64,000 nt of DNA from Fimicolochytrium jonesii (Eukaryota). The stretch covers positions 372,001 to 436,000 of the forward strand of contig NW_026515680.1 in NCBI RefSeq assembly GCF_025526975.1, written 5' to 3'. Shown here in pieces: positions 13,099-31,993 of the stretch; position 1 is the first letter of the stretch; every line of letters begins with the position of its first letter. Below the pieces are notes generated by a model, which saw only the letters and a program-made list of their open reading frames with translations, had not been told where the DNA came from and searched no databases. Made by a program: the position numbers and the translations under genes.

Positions 13099-13812
13099 TT
13101 AAGCGGTCGCCCGACGAGTGCATGGCCTCCACACGAAGGCGTACTTTTGGGTCACCTTGCCGTCGCTAGAAGAGGAGAATGTTAGACGAGGCGCTGCAAA
13201 CCAAAAAGCTCTTGCATCTCTCCCGGGTACATACATGGAATCAGTCGTGAGAGACCCAGAAGCAGCCTTGTTCTTCGAGTTGTCAACGAAGATCGAGGTG
13301 TTGATGTTGATGTTCGAGTCCTCACCGCACGGGGACCAGGAAAGGGTTGTAAACTCGATCTCGTCGTGGATCTGATAGTCGTTGACGTACGCGCCGGGAA
13401 TTTCCGCCTTCGTTGTAACCGTTCGTCCGTCGCCCTGGAAATAGTAGCTGGCTGTCTGGATACCCTTGACTTTGGCATCAAGCTGCGCCCAGCCTCGATA
13501 ATCGGCGGAGGCGATAGAATATTGGAACCCTCCTGGGATATGGACCCCGATGTTCAACTGACAGTTGCGACGATTCGAAGCGCGCGGGATGCCCGGCCCC
13601 GCCTCAGCAACGAACTGGTCGAACAGGATAGAAAAGGTAGTCCTATCGTCGGAAAGGCGGACTTGAGCGGACGGGGGGGAAACTGGGCACCCGGTACCAG
13701 CGTATGCGATCGACTTGAAGTAGACCGCCTTCGGGTCGATGGGGACAGCATCGGCGGCGACAGCCTGAGAGCCCGCAAGGACGGCAAGGACGGCGGCGGC
13801 GAACACCTTCAT
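13099..13812 (-). CDS. Secreted DUF4360-family protein (one intron near the 3' end)
   Basis: Signal peptide MKVFAAAVLAVLAGSQAVA, then YAGTGCP, FDQFVA, RRNCQLN, ADYRG, WSPCG. An intron at ~13231-13166 restores TTDSIDGKVTQ. Confidence 0.85.
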   Translation of the reverse strand: MKVFAAAVLAVLAGSQAVAADAVPIDPKAVYFKSIAYAGTGCPVSPPSAQVRLSDDRTTFSILFDQFVAEAGPGIPRASNRRNCQLNIGVHIPGGFQYSIASADYRGWAQLDAKVKGIQTASYYFQGDGRTVTTKAEIPGAYVNDYQIHDEIEFTTLSWSPCGEDSNININTSIFVDNSKNKAASGSLTTDSMYVPGRDARAFWFAAPRLTFSSSSDGKVTQKYAFVWRPCTRRATA

Positions 13813-13905
13813 GGTTGTGCAGAAAGAGTTGGTTTGGAGGCGGTAGGCGGGATGCAGAGCGATGAGCGGGATGTCGGCAAAGGGTGGGAAGCGGGAACGC
13901 CGCGG

Positions 13906-13913
13906 CTTTTATA
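13906..13913 (-). promoter_or_regulatory. TATA box (TATAAAAG) upstream of the DUF4360 gene
   Basis: Consensus TATAAAAG on the minus strand ~95 bp upstream of the ATG at 13812. Confidence 0.55.
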
Positions 13914-16657
13914 GACGTTTCGAAGACATCTCGGAGACATTCTCGGAGGGACGAAGCAGTGGCAAGCAGGTTTATGGTCCGCTAGCAAAATCACCACGGC
14001 AAAAAAAGTTCGCGGGCCACAAACACTGGTAGTCGAAGCAAAACCGAGATTGGCAAAGATCCTCCAACCACTGGCAGTCTGGTACCACAGTGATTGTGTG
14101 TTCGTGCGTGCAACATAGTTCTGCACAGATTGTCATCGCTGTAGCCCGCTCGCCGGGTTCAAGTCCGTCGACCGACTCCGAGTTAAAGGCACACGGGATT
14201 CGATACTTCCGCCATTCATATCGCTCATGGAGAAGCCCTCCTTAGGTTTGTACCCCATGCGTGCAGGCTAAGTGGAAGCCAGGCGAGCACATTGCGTCCT
14301 TGCCCCACACCTCGAGATTGCAGTCCATGTCGTCCAACGGTCCAACCGCTACAATCGCTTAGTATCGCCCACAATGATCCTTCGTGCGCATAATCGCTCA
14401 TCCTCTTGGAGTCTCGCATGTCGCACGACGTGTTTTGAGTCCAGAACGAGCCGATACTGCTCCCCGGCTGATGAGGTTGTGCGATGTTCACCTGTACAGC
14501 GTTGCACAATCCTCAATCAAGTTTATTCGAAGGGCAGAGGAAAAAACAAAAAGAAAGGTAGGCTTCACCCGCATGGTTTGTATCCCCAATGTGGCATCGC
14601 TCTCGTTTGCCGATGAATACAGTATGTAGACGATCGATGCCTTTGGACTTCATTTCCCGGACGCATCTTCTCTTGTCGTACGAAATAGCGATGGAGACCA
14701 TGCTGCTGCTGCGAACCATTCCCAGATGCGTTGCTCAACGGATGTTGTGGAACGCTCGAAGCAATCGTCCGCATGCATCCTGTATCAGATCCCTGATTTC
14801 CTAGCATCGATGAAATACGGCTTGGCTCCGTCGTATCCGCAGTCACGGTGTCCCCATAGTTGATCCCGAGTGATGTCCATACCTCTAAGCTTTGTCACAA
14901 AGATGGCTGGAGACCGACTAATGCACTTGGCATCTTTGATGAGGCCTCCGTGACTCCGTCTCCCGTGTCCGAGTGGCCCGATTTTGGTTTCGGTTGATAA
15001 TGAAGGCGGGGGAGCAAATGACAACGTACGGGGAGCACCATTCCACCACCGTGTTCCCATCAGCGTATCCGTCCTCGGGCATGCCGGGCCAACAGAAAAC
15101 CTTGTGTAAATTTGAACGAAGGAAGAGGAATCGGTCGCAACATTGCATATTACATTTGTGTCCATTTCCTGGAATGCCTCATTGCACCGCCGTGGCCCAG
15201 GTGGCCACTATCTCCGTACGTTTACCTACATACCAATGCATAGGATTGTAATGATGAATGCAAGAGATGCATTGACATGGCAGTCCCCCCCCTCACTGCC
15301 CTTAGGGCCCTAGGGTTACCAGTACTAATGCACGAACGAGCCACAGCTCGTCCGTGTAACATTAAAATGTGACGTGGGACATCAACTCGAAGGGGCGGAC
15401 AACCTCCCTGTGCGAGGTGCGGGTTGTTCGCAGACTGTATAACGTGCCACGACCTCCGAAAACGGGGGCAGCATGATGAACGGGTGGTTGAGCAACCTGG
15501 GTCTCCTTTGCGTTTGCGCCAAACTTGAACGGAGCTGAATTGTTTCGTGAGATTCGAGAACAAGATTCATCGCGGGGCAGGTGGCAGAGACGACATGGAC
15601 GGGAAGTACTGCAAGACTGCACTTCAAGTCTCCCATAAAGCGTTTTGCTAGATCACTGGCGTGTACAGTATTGATATTTTGAACCAAGATGTGTTGAGTG
15701 CAATTATATGCAACTATCGTAAAATCCCGACAGCCGCATGACATATCTCAAATATTATTCTTCCACAAGCCAGCCGAGCAATAATCAGGTCAGGGCCCCA
15801 AGAAAAGCAGCCGACCGGCGAGTGGAACCACCGAAAAGGTGAAGAGGTAACTCCCGTGCCCTTAAAGGTGTTCAACTCAAGCACAGTAGACTGTGTCGAT
15901 TAGTTGAACAGCTTTCGGGACGGGAATGTCGCCCTTTCACAACCCTCTCTCTTCTCGGGGACACTTCATACATGAATCACGTCCTATGAAGGGTATGCCC
16001 GCAAAGGGAGAAGGCTAGACGGGGGAGAACGAGATATGGCCATCTCCCCGTCTCCGTGGCATTACGCTTTTCAGGGTCCAGAATGGCCCAGCGTTCCGAC
16101 TTCCGAGCGAAGTGGATCCTTGCCGTATTTGATTCGATTCAAGTTGCGGAGATGTTGCTGCTCCACTTGGGGCGGCCTTGTCGAGAGTACGGGGAACTTC
16201 GCGACGTTGCTCTATAAACTGGAGACGAGGGAAACGATGAATACGCTGAAAACACAGGTGCTACGACCATTGACGAACTCCTGGTGCCTTCAGAAGGAAC
16301 AATTGTGACAAAGCTATGCTTTTCACAACTAATCATATATGTATCATATCCCTTTTGTCATCGCCGGCGCTTTCGTAATGCTCCTTTCCTCTCTGATGGG
16401 AATAAGACATACATACCTGAAGAAACCTGGGACTAGTAACAGACGAAAGGCGGGACTACCGATGCGCTCTCTGGTACCATTGTATCAAACCCATCAGTCG
16501 AGCAGGTTGGCTCGTAGGCTCAACCGACTCGAATTTGAGTGCAATGTGGATGAAGTCTTTGCGATCGAAAGGCGAGCTCTTGCGATCGAAAGGGCGAGCT
16601 GCCAAGTGCCAACAGCTTTTCTTATCCTCGGCCTCTGAGCCTCCAGACGCTTTCCAG

Positions 16658-16667
16658 GTCACGTGAC
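16658..16667. promoter_or_regulatory. Palindromic E-box GTCACGTGAC (bHLH Cbf1/USF/TFE-type site)
   Basis: Perfect 10-bp palindrome ~155 bp upstream of the ATG at 16822. TCACGTGA also occurs at ~1224 (upstream of the EcKL gene) and ~36533. Confidence 0.35.
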
Positions 16668-16821
16668 TCCGTTCGTAAGCAACTCCGCCGATTGACCGAC
16701 ACTTCCGACCAGAAGGAGGGAGGCATTGGCAGATACAAAAGCTCTTTTGAGAAGGCTCCTCCATACCACAGAGGATATCAGGGGTGCGAGATAATTTTTA
16801 AGCACATCTTTCATCAAAAGG

Positions 16822-19800
16822 ATGGGTTGCGGAGGTTCCAAAAACGCTGCCGATGCGGTAGTGACCGTGGAAGGTGGCAGACCGGCCAAAACACCGAAGG
16901 AATCGAAATCCAAGGCGAAAGTGGGGAAGGAAACGAAGCAGGAAGGGAAAACGAACAAGGAGAAAAAGTCGGACAATAGTACCGTGGAAAAGGAACTGGA
17001 GCAGGCTAAAATAAATGCTGCAGCCAAGGACGCTGACTCGGGAAAGATTACCACCACCGCAGTCGTCGTTGCTAAAGCCACAGCCTCCATTCCAGCGGAC
17101 GGTGACAATACATTACTGGCCGAAACGTTGAGTCGCCAAATAGCTCAGCAGGTTACCAATAGTGGTGATGGCAAGCAATCGGCCGACAACTTTGCCGCCG
17201 CGAAATTGCAGAAGTCTATCAACTCAGCACTTACAAAAGAAATCAATGCCTCAGAAGCCCAGCTGAAGCCTGCGACCTCTGCTTCTACGGGCAGCCTAGC
17301 GCTGAAGAAGAGTGGAAGCAAGAAGTCGCTGAAGTCCAAACCGGAAAATGGCTCAGAAGCTGTTTCCTTAGCTCGTGACGTTCCTGTTGCCCTTGCTGGT
17401 ATGGTTTAAAGTCTCATGCTTTCGGAGTTCACCTAGACATACCAATGACATTGATCCGTAAACAGAGGCCGTCAGCAATGCTGTGGCGAAGGAGCTGTCC
17501 GAGCATGCCGGAGATAGTATGGGTCAAAATCAGATTGCCAATTCGATTGATGCAATTGTCGCAAAGTCTCGCGGTGGGAATCTGCGTCAGGAGGATATCA
17601 ATGTTCGAGGCATCGAGGTCACCACCGAGATCGAAACAGATGCAAAAGGTTCACCTATTGCCATCCACGCCTCGGTGATTGCCATCTCAGAGGTGCCTGC
17701 GAACGATGCCTTGGATGCTATTGAAAGGCCTGTGAAGACAAAGTCGTCCGCCTCCATCGCAGTAGCTCAAGCCCCAATCACCAAAACGGCATCACTTAAT
17801 GCATTGGGACCGGACAAGGCTGGGTCGAGAAAAAGCTTGAACGAAATCATTCTGGGGCGGTCCTCGTCGCGGAAGAGCGTGAAGGAGGACCACTTATCTC
17901 CGACGGCTCGCAAATCTCTTACCAACATGCAGGAGGAACTTCGAGAAAGTAAGAAAAACAGCAACAGATCAAAGAAAAGCTTGGAGGGGGATGCTGCTCC
18001 TAAGGAGAGCCAATCAAAGCAGACCGGCGGAAGTTCAAAGGCGAATCTCACTGAGGATAGTGGTGGAAAGAAGCGCGTCACGGTACTGTTGAAGAAAAGC
18101 GGCTCTCGAGCTTCTATTAACGCCTCGAACACCGATTCCAACGCTCGAAAAAGCTTGCAGAATTTGAATGAGCAGCTCGCGAACGAAAGAGGGGTGCCTT
18201 TGAACAAAGCCGCCAGCATCACACTCGACGGACATGCCGTGAAACAGAGTTTAACCAATCTGGCACCAAACCGGACTTCCCAGAAGGATCTTGCTGCAGA
18301 GCCCAAGGCGGCCCACGAAGACTCTCATTCGCGTGCTAAAGAGTCGTTGGAGCGCCTGGAGCAGCAGCTTGTTACGGAGAAAGAGGCGGCAAAGTCCAAG
18401 TCCAAGGTTAACCTTGCAGAGACGTCCGCGGACTCTGCACCGAAGGCGGCGCATGAGGATGCACATTCCACTGCTCGAAGGTCGTTGGGAGACCTCCAGC
18501 AGCAACTCGCGGCCGAGAAGTTAGCAGCCAAATCCAAATCCAAGGCTAGCATTGCAGACATGTCCGCCGATTCCGCTCCGAAGGCGGCCCATGAAGACTC
18601 GCATTCGACAGCCAAAAGGTCATTGGAAGACCTTCAGCAGCAGCTTGCCGCGGAAAAGTTAGCCGCAAAGTCCAAATCCAAGGCTAGTCTTGCGGACACA
18701 TCCATTGAATCTGCACCGAAGGCGGCTCATGAGGATTCGCATTCGACAGCCAGAAAGTCCTTGGACAACCTTCAACAACAGCTTGTTACGGAGAAGGGAG
18801 CAGCAAAATCCAAATCGAAGGCTAATCTGGCATCCAGCACGAACATCCCGGCCGATTCTGCACCGACGCCAGTCCATGAGGAACCAAAATCGACGGCTAA
18901 GAAGTCTTTGGAAACCCTCCAGCAGCAACTCGCCACAGAGAAAAGTGCGCAGAAGTCCAAGTCGAACGTCAATCTCGCAGCAGACGTGAAGGCTGAATAC
19001 GCGGCTGAGCAGAAACATGCAGATGCGCAAGTAAACGCTGTGGTGATTGCACCAGTAGTGCCCCACACTGATGCTCAGACTGGAGGGCACGACATTCAGG
19101 CCGCCCCGAGTGCTCTCAAGACGGACTCGGAGACGGCTCAGAAGCCAGTGGTTGAGACCAAAACCCACCAAGACCATCGAAGCGTACATGAGCTAGCTGC
19201 CGATGCAAAGCAGAGCCTCCACAACTTGACTCACAAGGATAAAGGCGAGAAGGAACGTCACAGTGCCAAAAATCTTGCGAAGAAAAGCACCAACGACCTG
19301 AGCGCAAAGGTGGACTCCAAGACTGTCACCACAGTACCGAACCAGATCACCTTGGATGACACAGCCGCTCTCGTGCCTCCCTCTGAGACGACAGTTCCAA
19401 TACCTACTGCCGAGGAGCATCGCAACCTGAGTGAGCTTGCGGCCGATGCCAAAAAAAGTGTGGAGAAACTCACAACTTCCCATCACCAAGACCAAGCGGC
19501 GCAGCCGGCGGCAGTCGTGCCTGCCACGAAAGAAAATGAGCATCATAGGAGCATCAAAGAACTGGCTCATGAGGCCAAGAAAAGCTTAGACAATTTGGTG
19601 CACAAATCAAAGGACAGTCACAGTCGCACTTCCTCTCGAGCTGATCTGACGAAGCAAGACCCGGCCGAAGAGCACTCGAAGACACTTACTCAAGCGGGGC
19701 AAGATCCGACCGACGCGAAGATTCAGAAGAGCAGCTCCAAGAGCAACTTGACGAAGAGCTCTTCCCGCAAGAGTCTGAAAGAAAAGGCGGCGGAGAAGGC

Positions 19801-20698
19801 GAGCGTGACGAATGTTGCTTCCTCGGACTCCGACGAAGGAAAGGAAAGGGAGGCTGTGGCAACTATCGAAACTCATGTGGATATCGAAGTCAAGAAGCAT
19901 GAGCCGAATGACACGAGCAAGGAGGCTCACAAGAGTGTTCGGGACATCGCGAAAGACGTCAAAGAGGCGGTATTGCATCCAATCCACGGGTCAAAGAACC
20001 AGTTGAATGAAGCGCACGGAGCCACGGTCGCTACATATACAGAGGTTACTCCTCCCGCGGCAGCAAACCAAAGTATACACAATTTGGCGAAAGACGTCGC
20101 AAAGGAAATCAAGAAGTCCACGGCATCCCTGAACAAAGAAGCCAAGCATGTGCACGATGCCGAGATCCACGTCTCCACCACGACCGTAAACCAGGCAACT
20201 ATGTCCAACTCTGCTACCACTGTGGCCGAGACAATCAGAAACACTACTTCACTTGCAAAGGATGAAATTAAAACCCAAGAACATGTGGAAGCGGCAAACA
20301 AAAAGACGGGGTCTCGCTCAAACAGTTCCCACAACCTTCGCGGCAGTCGACCCCCTTCCGCTAAGAAAGCTTCGGAAGTGAAGCCTCCTTCTCGGAAAGC
20401 GTCGACCAATAACCTCCACAAGAGTCCCAGTGGAGCTGTTGGGACAGCTGCGGATGCACGCCGCTCCACTAATGAGATCAACCGGGGTTTGGATAGGCGA
20501 GCGTCAGCGAGCGATTTGAAGACAGCCAAACCTCCTAGTCGAAAAGGGTCAGCGCAAATCTTAGCTAGTCCGGCAGAGGCGGGAGTGAGGAAGTCAACTC
20601 AAAGCGTTGCAAGGTCTCAGACCATTAGCGGTAAAGGAAATATTGTGAAAAAAGAGCCGCCTTTGCGAACTGGGTCTGCTACAGGTAGGGGAAAATGA
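16822..20698 (+). CDS. ~1270-aa low-complexity K/S/A/E-rich repeat protein with N-terminal MGCGGSK acylation motif
   Basis: Exon 16822-17398, GT-AG intron 17399-17465 and exon 17466-20698 join in frame (..VALA|EAVSNAVAKE..). Internal 46-aa repeats and many R/K-K-S-L motifs. Confidence 0.8.
18300..18980 (+). repeat. Coding tandem repeat, ~5 copies, 138-nt (46-aa) period
   Basis: PKAAHEDSHSTARKSL..LQQQL..EK.AAKSKSK..LA units start at ~18302, 18440, 18578, 18716 and 18863. Confidence 0.85.
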
Positions 20699-21814
20699 GA
20701 AAGGGGGCGGGAACCGTCTGTTCGTTCAGAGTTAACTTTTCCTTTTATCCCCAGCGATCAACGAACAAACAAGATGAACTTCCGGTCTGGAATTTCTTCG
20801 TGACTGTTGAGCTGACCTTAAGATGTAAAAACTTGTGTGGCCTGAAAAATAAATTTCTCTAAATCCAGGATTTGAGGCTATGATAACACTTTTCGGCGTT
20901 ACAGACATATGCAGGTTACGGGATGGGCAATGTCATGTCGGTACTGTACGGGCATCTATCGGAACACCTTCTGGTGTGAGAAACTGACACTGGTGGCAGC
21001 CATGTCCGATGATGACGGAAAGAAATCCCTCGCGCTGTCGATATCGGATATTTTCTGTCAAAATCGGAAGACATTCCTATGCGGCAAAGCTTACTTTTGT
21101 CCTCCCGAAGCCTATAATTGAGCTCCAACGTCAAGCCGACACAGATTTCGTCACCAAAGAAACAGCATTGAACAAATCCAAAATTCAATGCTCATCGGTA
21201 CTCATCGCTACAAAGTTTTGAAGTCATTTTAGGAATCTCTCCTCCCCTTCACACCGTCAAACTTTGACCACGGTCCACAATGATGTCCTAAACTCTTCGC
21301 CAAAAGATATCCCTGCAGCAACCCCGCCAGTCACTCCCCCGCGAATTTGACCTCTCCCCGGAGGCGAAGATATCCGAACACGAAGCATTAACATCATACG
21401 AGCCGCAAGATTCGGTACGAGGTCAAGAGGGCGCCCACGTGGGTGTGGCGGTTGACCCTCCCATAATTCAAAACGGCCATAGTGGCATGAACACGCTCCC
21501 TTACGCATGTCAGCCTGAGTACTACGACATACGAACCATGACCGCCGGGCACGCAGAAAGGCATTTGGGGCTCTGAGAGTCTTTGTACGTAAACTAAGTA
21601 GATGGTAATGAGTCACAGCGCATCAGTAACCCATACGGGATTCCCACTTTTTCTACCCATCCGTCCTACCGTCAACATACACCGGGTGTCATTTATGATG
21701 CATGCGTACCTGCGCATCGTGAAGGCCCCAAACACTCGCTCTGCCGAACGACGCTTTCTCGGATCTCAAGGGCATGCCACCGATTCACCGATGGGTGGAT
21801 AAAGTCACGAGGAA

Positions 21815-22400
21815 CACCTGCACATCGAGGTACCCATTGAACACGACAAGTTGTAGCCAGATCTCGACATGAGCAGGACGTACACATGGGAGTGCTTCGC
21901 GTGCAGGAGGTCAAGTTGAACCGAGACCAATCTCCCTCGACAGTTGGAGTTCAATCCGGCATTGAGGAAGCATGTTCAGGAATGCGAGGCGGCATTTCGG
22001 AAAGTGAGCGACGACGGTCAGCTCTCGTACACAGTCAAGCACATCGCAAAGCCCACGTCCCACCTCCCAGCATATGCCAATACCCAAGCGAAAGCCAACA
22101 AACGTCGCCGTTTGAACGACTCTGTGACATCTGTGCCGACCGGCGGTATTGTTGACGGCATATACCACGAACGCTAGCTCCAGGCTCTTTGTGGGCTCTA
22201 GCCGTCAATAGCGTTCGCCAGGGGGGGAACTACCGGCCAGCATGCAGCGCCCATCTACTCTCAGGACACCATGACTGCGATTGAAGAAGGCCTTGACGAG
22301 GAAGAAGGATGGCTTGGCGTCCCTAATCAAAACGGGAGTGCTTGTGGTGACTTCAGTGTACAGTTACTGATCCATGCCATCAGTATATGGACCTTCAAAT
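21815..22400 (+). pseudogene. Possible decayed coding sequence
   Basis: One frame reads protein-like (WECFACRRSS*TETNLPRQLEFNPALRKHVQECEAAFRK...KANKRRRL...EEGLDEEEGW) but is interrupted by four in-frame stops. Confidence 0.25.
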
Positions 22401-23348
22401 GAAACCTCCACAGCTGGGAGGAGGGAACACACGTCACACGGACGGCAAATATTCTGATTACACACTCCCGGGCATTGGATTGCCTTCCGGCGAATCAACA
22501 ATGCCTGGTTCAAACTTCAACCTTGACTCGCACAGCTTGTCCACCTGGAAGACGATCAGCTGGTACGAGATTGTCTTATTTTATCTCGTGTTGCATTGCC
22601 TAAACTGATCCACTATTCGAGGGCGTACCTTGCTCAATTGCGCGTACACGACTTTTCGGTGTATACAACATTGACGAACCCGCTGGCTATACTCTACGCC
22701 GTCCTCCTAAAGGTTTTACAGCGGGATGTAATCTAAAGAACAAGTGAGAGGAGGCTGGCTGCTTTTTAGCGCAGAAGGGCGTGTGTAGTCAGTTTCAGTG
22801 AATAGTAGCATTTGAGCAGGGCCTGCTAAATGTATATTGAATTGGGAAATGATAAAGGGGGGCAGGAGGTGTCTTTCCGTTTGCTACCAATTCACTATTC
22901 CCCACCAATTCACTAGCGCATTCACTAATATCTATTTCTCCAGCAAATTGAATCTTGCCTCCGCAGAACATTTGGACTGATTGCATAAACTGACCTTGGG
23001 ACGTAGAAACTTGTATGGAATGCTTCAAAAACACCTGCACCTTTAACCCGGGGCGTAAACTCCCAAAATGATGACATAAAATCTGAGAAATCGACAGCGC
23101 GACGAGAGTCCCCTGTCAAAATGGTGAGACATGCCGACTCCAATCCTATTTTCGTCGACGTTGGGTGTCTTCTGCTTGAGTTCTAACGTCCAGTCTCTCG
23201 TCACACATTCCGTCACACAGCCCACACCGCCGAAACTGAAGGTTGGGAGAAGAGACAGCACTGAGTGCTCTCCAAATTTTCATGCTCATATTCACAAAGT
23301 CGTAGCAAAGTCGAGCCACAAACTCTACTCACACACTCGACCCACACG

Positions 23349-24380
23349 ATGTCATCTACGCAAACCGTACAGACCACATCGCCAGCAGGCTGCTGGATCA
23401 ACGATTTTATCGTTGACGAAGAGGCCCGCGAGTTTGACTTGAACCTGGAACGAGCAATCTCGGAATCCGACGCTATATCATCTTCAGCTTCGGCACAAGA
23501 GCAAAAATGCACATGGAAGGGGGTCCCGATTCAACCCGCTATGATCAAAAACGAGTATAATCGCAATGACCAGCTGGCATTTGCTTGCGAACCAGATCAC
23601 CAGGACATCATGCCCACCATAACCGTCGGCGGCGCAGGAGACCTGTCTCGCTCCGAAGAGCCCTACTACGCGCACCATCAAGATGGGAAACGGTGGGCGT
23701 TCACCCATGATTCCGCTGGGAATCTATACTACCCACCGGTCCAGCCCTACCCTCCAACACTGCCCCCAGATTACAACGACGGATACCCGACGCCCGTGAC
23801 CCCGGGCTCGTCCACGCAAGTCGCATCCGTTAAGCCGCTACCAGCACAGAGGACCGGCGGGAACCCTCTCCCTTTTGTGATCCCGGCGCTACCTCCTCCG
23901 CCTCGGCGCAAAACCCGGATATTTACGGCGCCATACCATATGGATGATACTGCTTGCGGACAAGCCCCTTACGGCAACACATCTCGAAAGTCCGGGCCCT
24001 ATAAAACTCACCAAAAAGCGCAATCACATGAAAAAGTTTTCAGATGCGAGGCGCTTGGCTGCCAAGCCAATTTCCGTCGTTCTCATGACATGAAGCGGCA
24101 CTATCGCTCGATTCATACTGACATTAAACCGTTCACCTGCGGGTCATGCGACAAGCACTTCGCACGCATGGTGAGTTTTGTCTGTTCTGAGTTTTCTCAG
24201 AAATGAAAATGAGCTGTGGTGGGCGCACGTAGTGTTCTTCGGGGTATCCGTTCTGAGATACCTTCTTCTCCTTAGGACGCCTTAAAACGGCACACTTCCC
24301 GCGTCACTTCGGCATGTTACCGAGAAATACGAGACATTGACGTTATCACCATCGATTCAGCAGGGAAATGCTCGCGTTGA
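23349..24380 (+). CDS. C2H2 zinc-finger transcription factor (two fingers)
   Basis: FRCEALGCQANFRRSHDMKRHYRSIHTDIKPFTCGSCDKHFARM, intron 24171-24275, then DALKRH...CSR*. Confidence 0.9.
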
Positions 24381-25064
24381 AAATTCTGGGACAGAAGTAG
24401 TCATTTAAGTGAAATTGATAGGTTAAGGGTAGGAGATTCGTATACCTAGTAGTCTTCAACGCCCAGATAGAACGTAGCGAGGAAAGATCTTTCGTATATA
24501 TATACCGCGTGGATATTGTTTGGGAGAATCAGATTATGCATTTCGATTTGCAAAGATGTACCCAGCGAGGACGTCGAGGCTTCTAATATGAGCAATGCTC
24601 TGCCGTACGAGGCCGCTTCGTATTATTCTCCTCAGTCGACTCCGTAGTCGAGTCGAGTCCGGTGGACTCTCAACAAAGTTCGACTTTGTGTTGCATTTCA
24701 TACACTTTGAGATTTCGTGGCGACACTACTGTTAAGGATGACCCGGCCAAGTAAATCTAAAACTCCCCTCAAACTCCACCCACATTGACAGCGTACTGTG
24801 ATATTCACCGTTTCATAACAGCTTTGATATTTGCGGCGGGACGGCACCTATCTTTGTCAATCGTCCGGCGGCGGTTTAGAGGTAAAGGAACTCAAATGGA
24901 ACGCTACAATAGACTGCCCCCAGGCGGAATGTTCTTCAAATGTGATGATATGTAATGTGAACTGCGAAAAAGCAATATAGTGGAGTCTAAAACCTGCTGG
25001 TACGCCTGTCCTATTCATGGTTGCTAGTGTTCGAGCATGAGGGTAATGTGAAGCTCATTAGCAA

Positions 25065-30884
<5,820 letters not shown>

Positions 30885-31010
30885 GTTGAAATCTGACTGT
30901 ACAGAACAAGACTCTCCAGCCCTCTCGTGCCCTGAAAAGACGAACTGAAAAGCGTGACGGTTGGGTATAAGAATAGGTATGTACTGTATACGTCCAGTAC
31001 TCCGCTTTTT

Positions 31011-31036
31011 GGGCGTTGGGCGTTGGGCGTTGGGCG
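31011..31036 (+). repeat. (GGGCGTT)n micro-repeat, G-quadruplex-consensus motif
   Basis: GGGCGTTGGGCGTTGGGCGTTGGGCG contains four G3 tracts with 4-nt loops, ~130 bp upstream of the ABC transporter ATG. Confidence 0.6.
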
Positions 31037-31993
31037 AATGACTTTTCTTTTCGCTTTCTTTTTTTCTGGACGGCCCGGGGAGCACCTTACTTTTTTGTAC
31101 TCCGAGTCTTTTCGCCAACGTTCAGAACCAGCGCAGACGGGGTGTGTGGACTGCAGCCCGTGTCTGGTCTGACGAGAGTTGTAGTGGGAGGCTCGGCGAG
31201 CATAGCATTTGCAGTGCCCGTGCGCCAGTTGCCGAGCGGCGTGGACAAGCTGCCAAGCGGGCCTGTCGAAAAAAGCTGGTAATGATACCGGGGCCCTGAA
31301 TTGATCCCATTCCCGACACGAATCTTATCAAACTGCATCCGCATTCCTGGTACTGCATGGCTGAAACGGTACCGTGGTACAACCGTAATCAGGCCTGAAT
31401 TCTGAATATCGAAGCATGCACCACGAATCCACGATGCTCCAGCAGCATGTCGTGTTGTACTGTATGTAGACACTGCCAGTCCACCCACTTCCCCGATCAA
31501 GGGCTGAAATAGGGGTTTATGTACATACATGCAGTACTATCATACACGGCGCACGCATGCATGGGTGACCCGGAGTCTCTGGGATATAATCAATAACATG
31601 ACGTACAGTATGTACTGTATAATGTACAGACTGACAGGCTGATAGGACAGCATCCCGTCGACGATGTGGGACACCCTCCACCGACGTTGAAGCCTCATAT
31701 GCGACTGGGCAGCTCCGCATCCATCTCAGCTCCCACCGCAACATATGTATTCCGTGCTGATGAACAAGCAGATGGCCAGGAATCGAACATGAGTCATGTA
31801 TTACAGATGTACTTCAGTATTGATGAACGCCTTTACGCCGATTACAGATTTCCCCCGAAACCATCCATCACACTAACCCCCAGAAACAGAAAGTATCTAC
31901 AGAACTACAAAAAATGGGGGGTGGGATAACGCCTGCGCTGTACTTAGAAGCACGAAATGGAATGTCCGATGATCACGTAAAACTCGTGATCGA

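Noticed and set aside
14140..14215. tRNA-like strings (GGGTTCAAGTCC; GGATTCGATAC..CCA)
   Set aside because: No consistent acceptor, D or anticodon stems could be paired by eye. tRNAscan-SE would settle it.
15295..15320. TTAGGG/CTAGGG telomere-like hexamers
   Set aside because: Only one or two isolated copies, as expected by chance.
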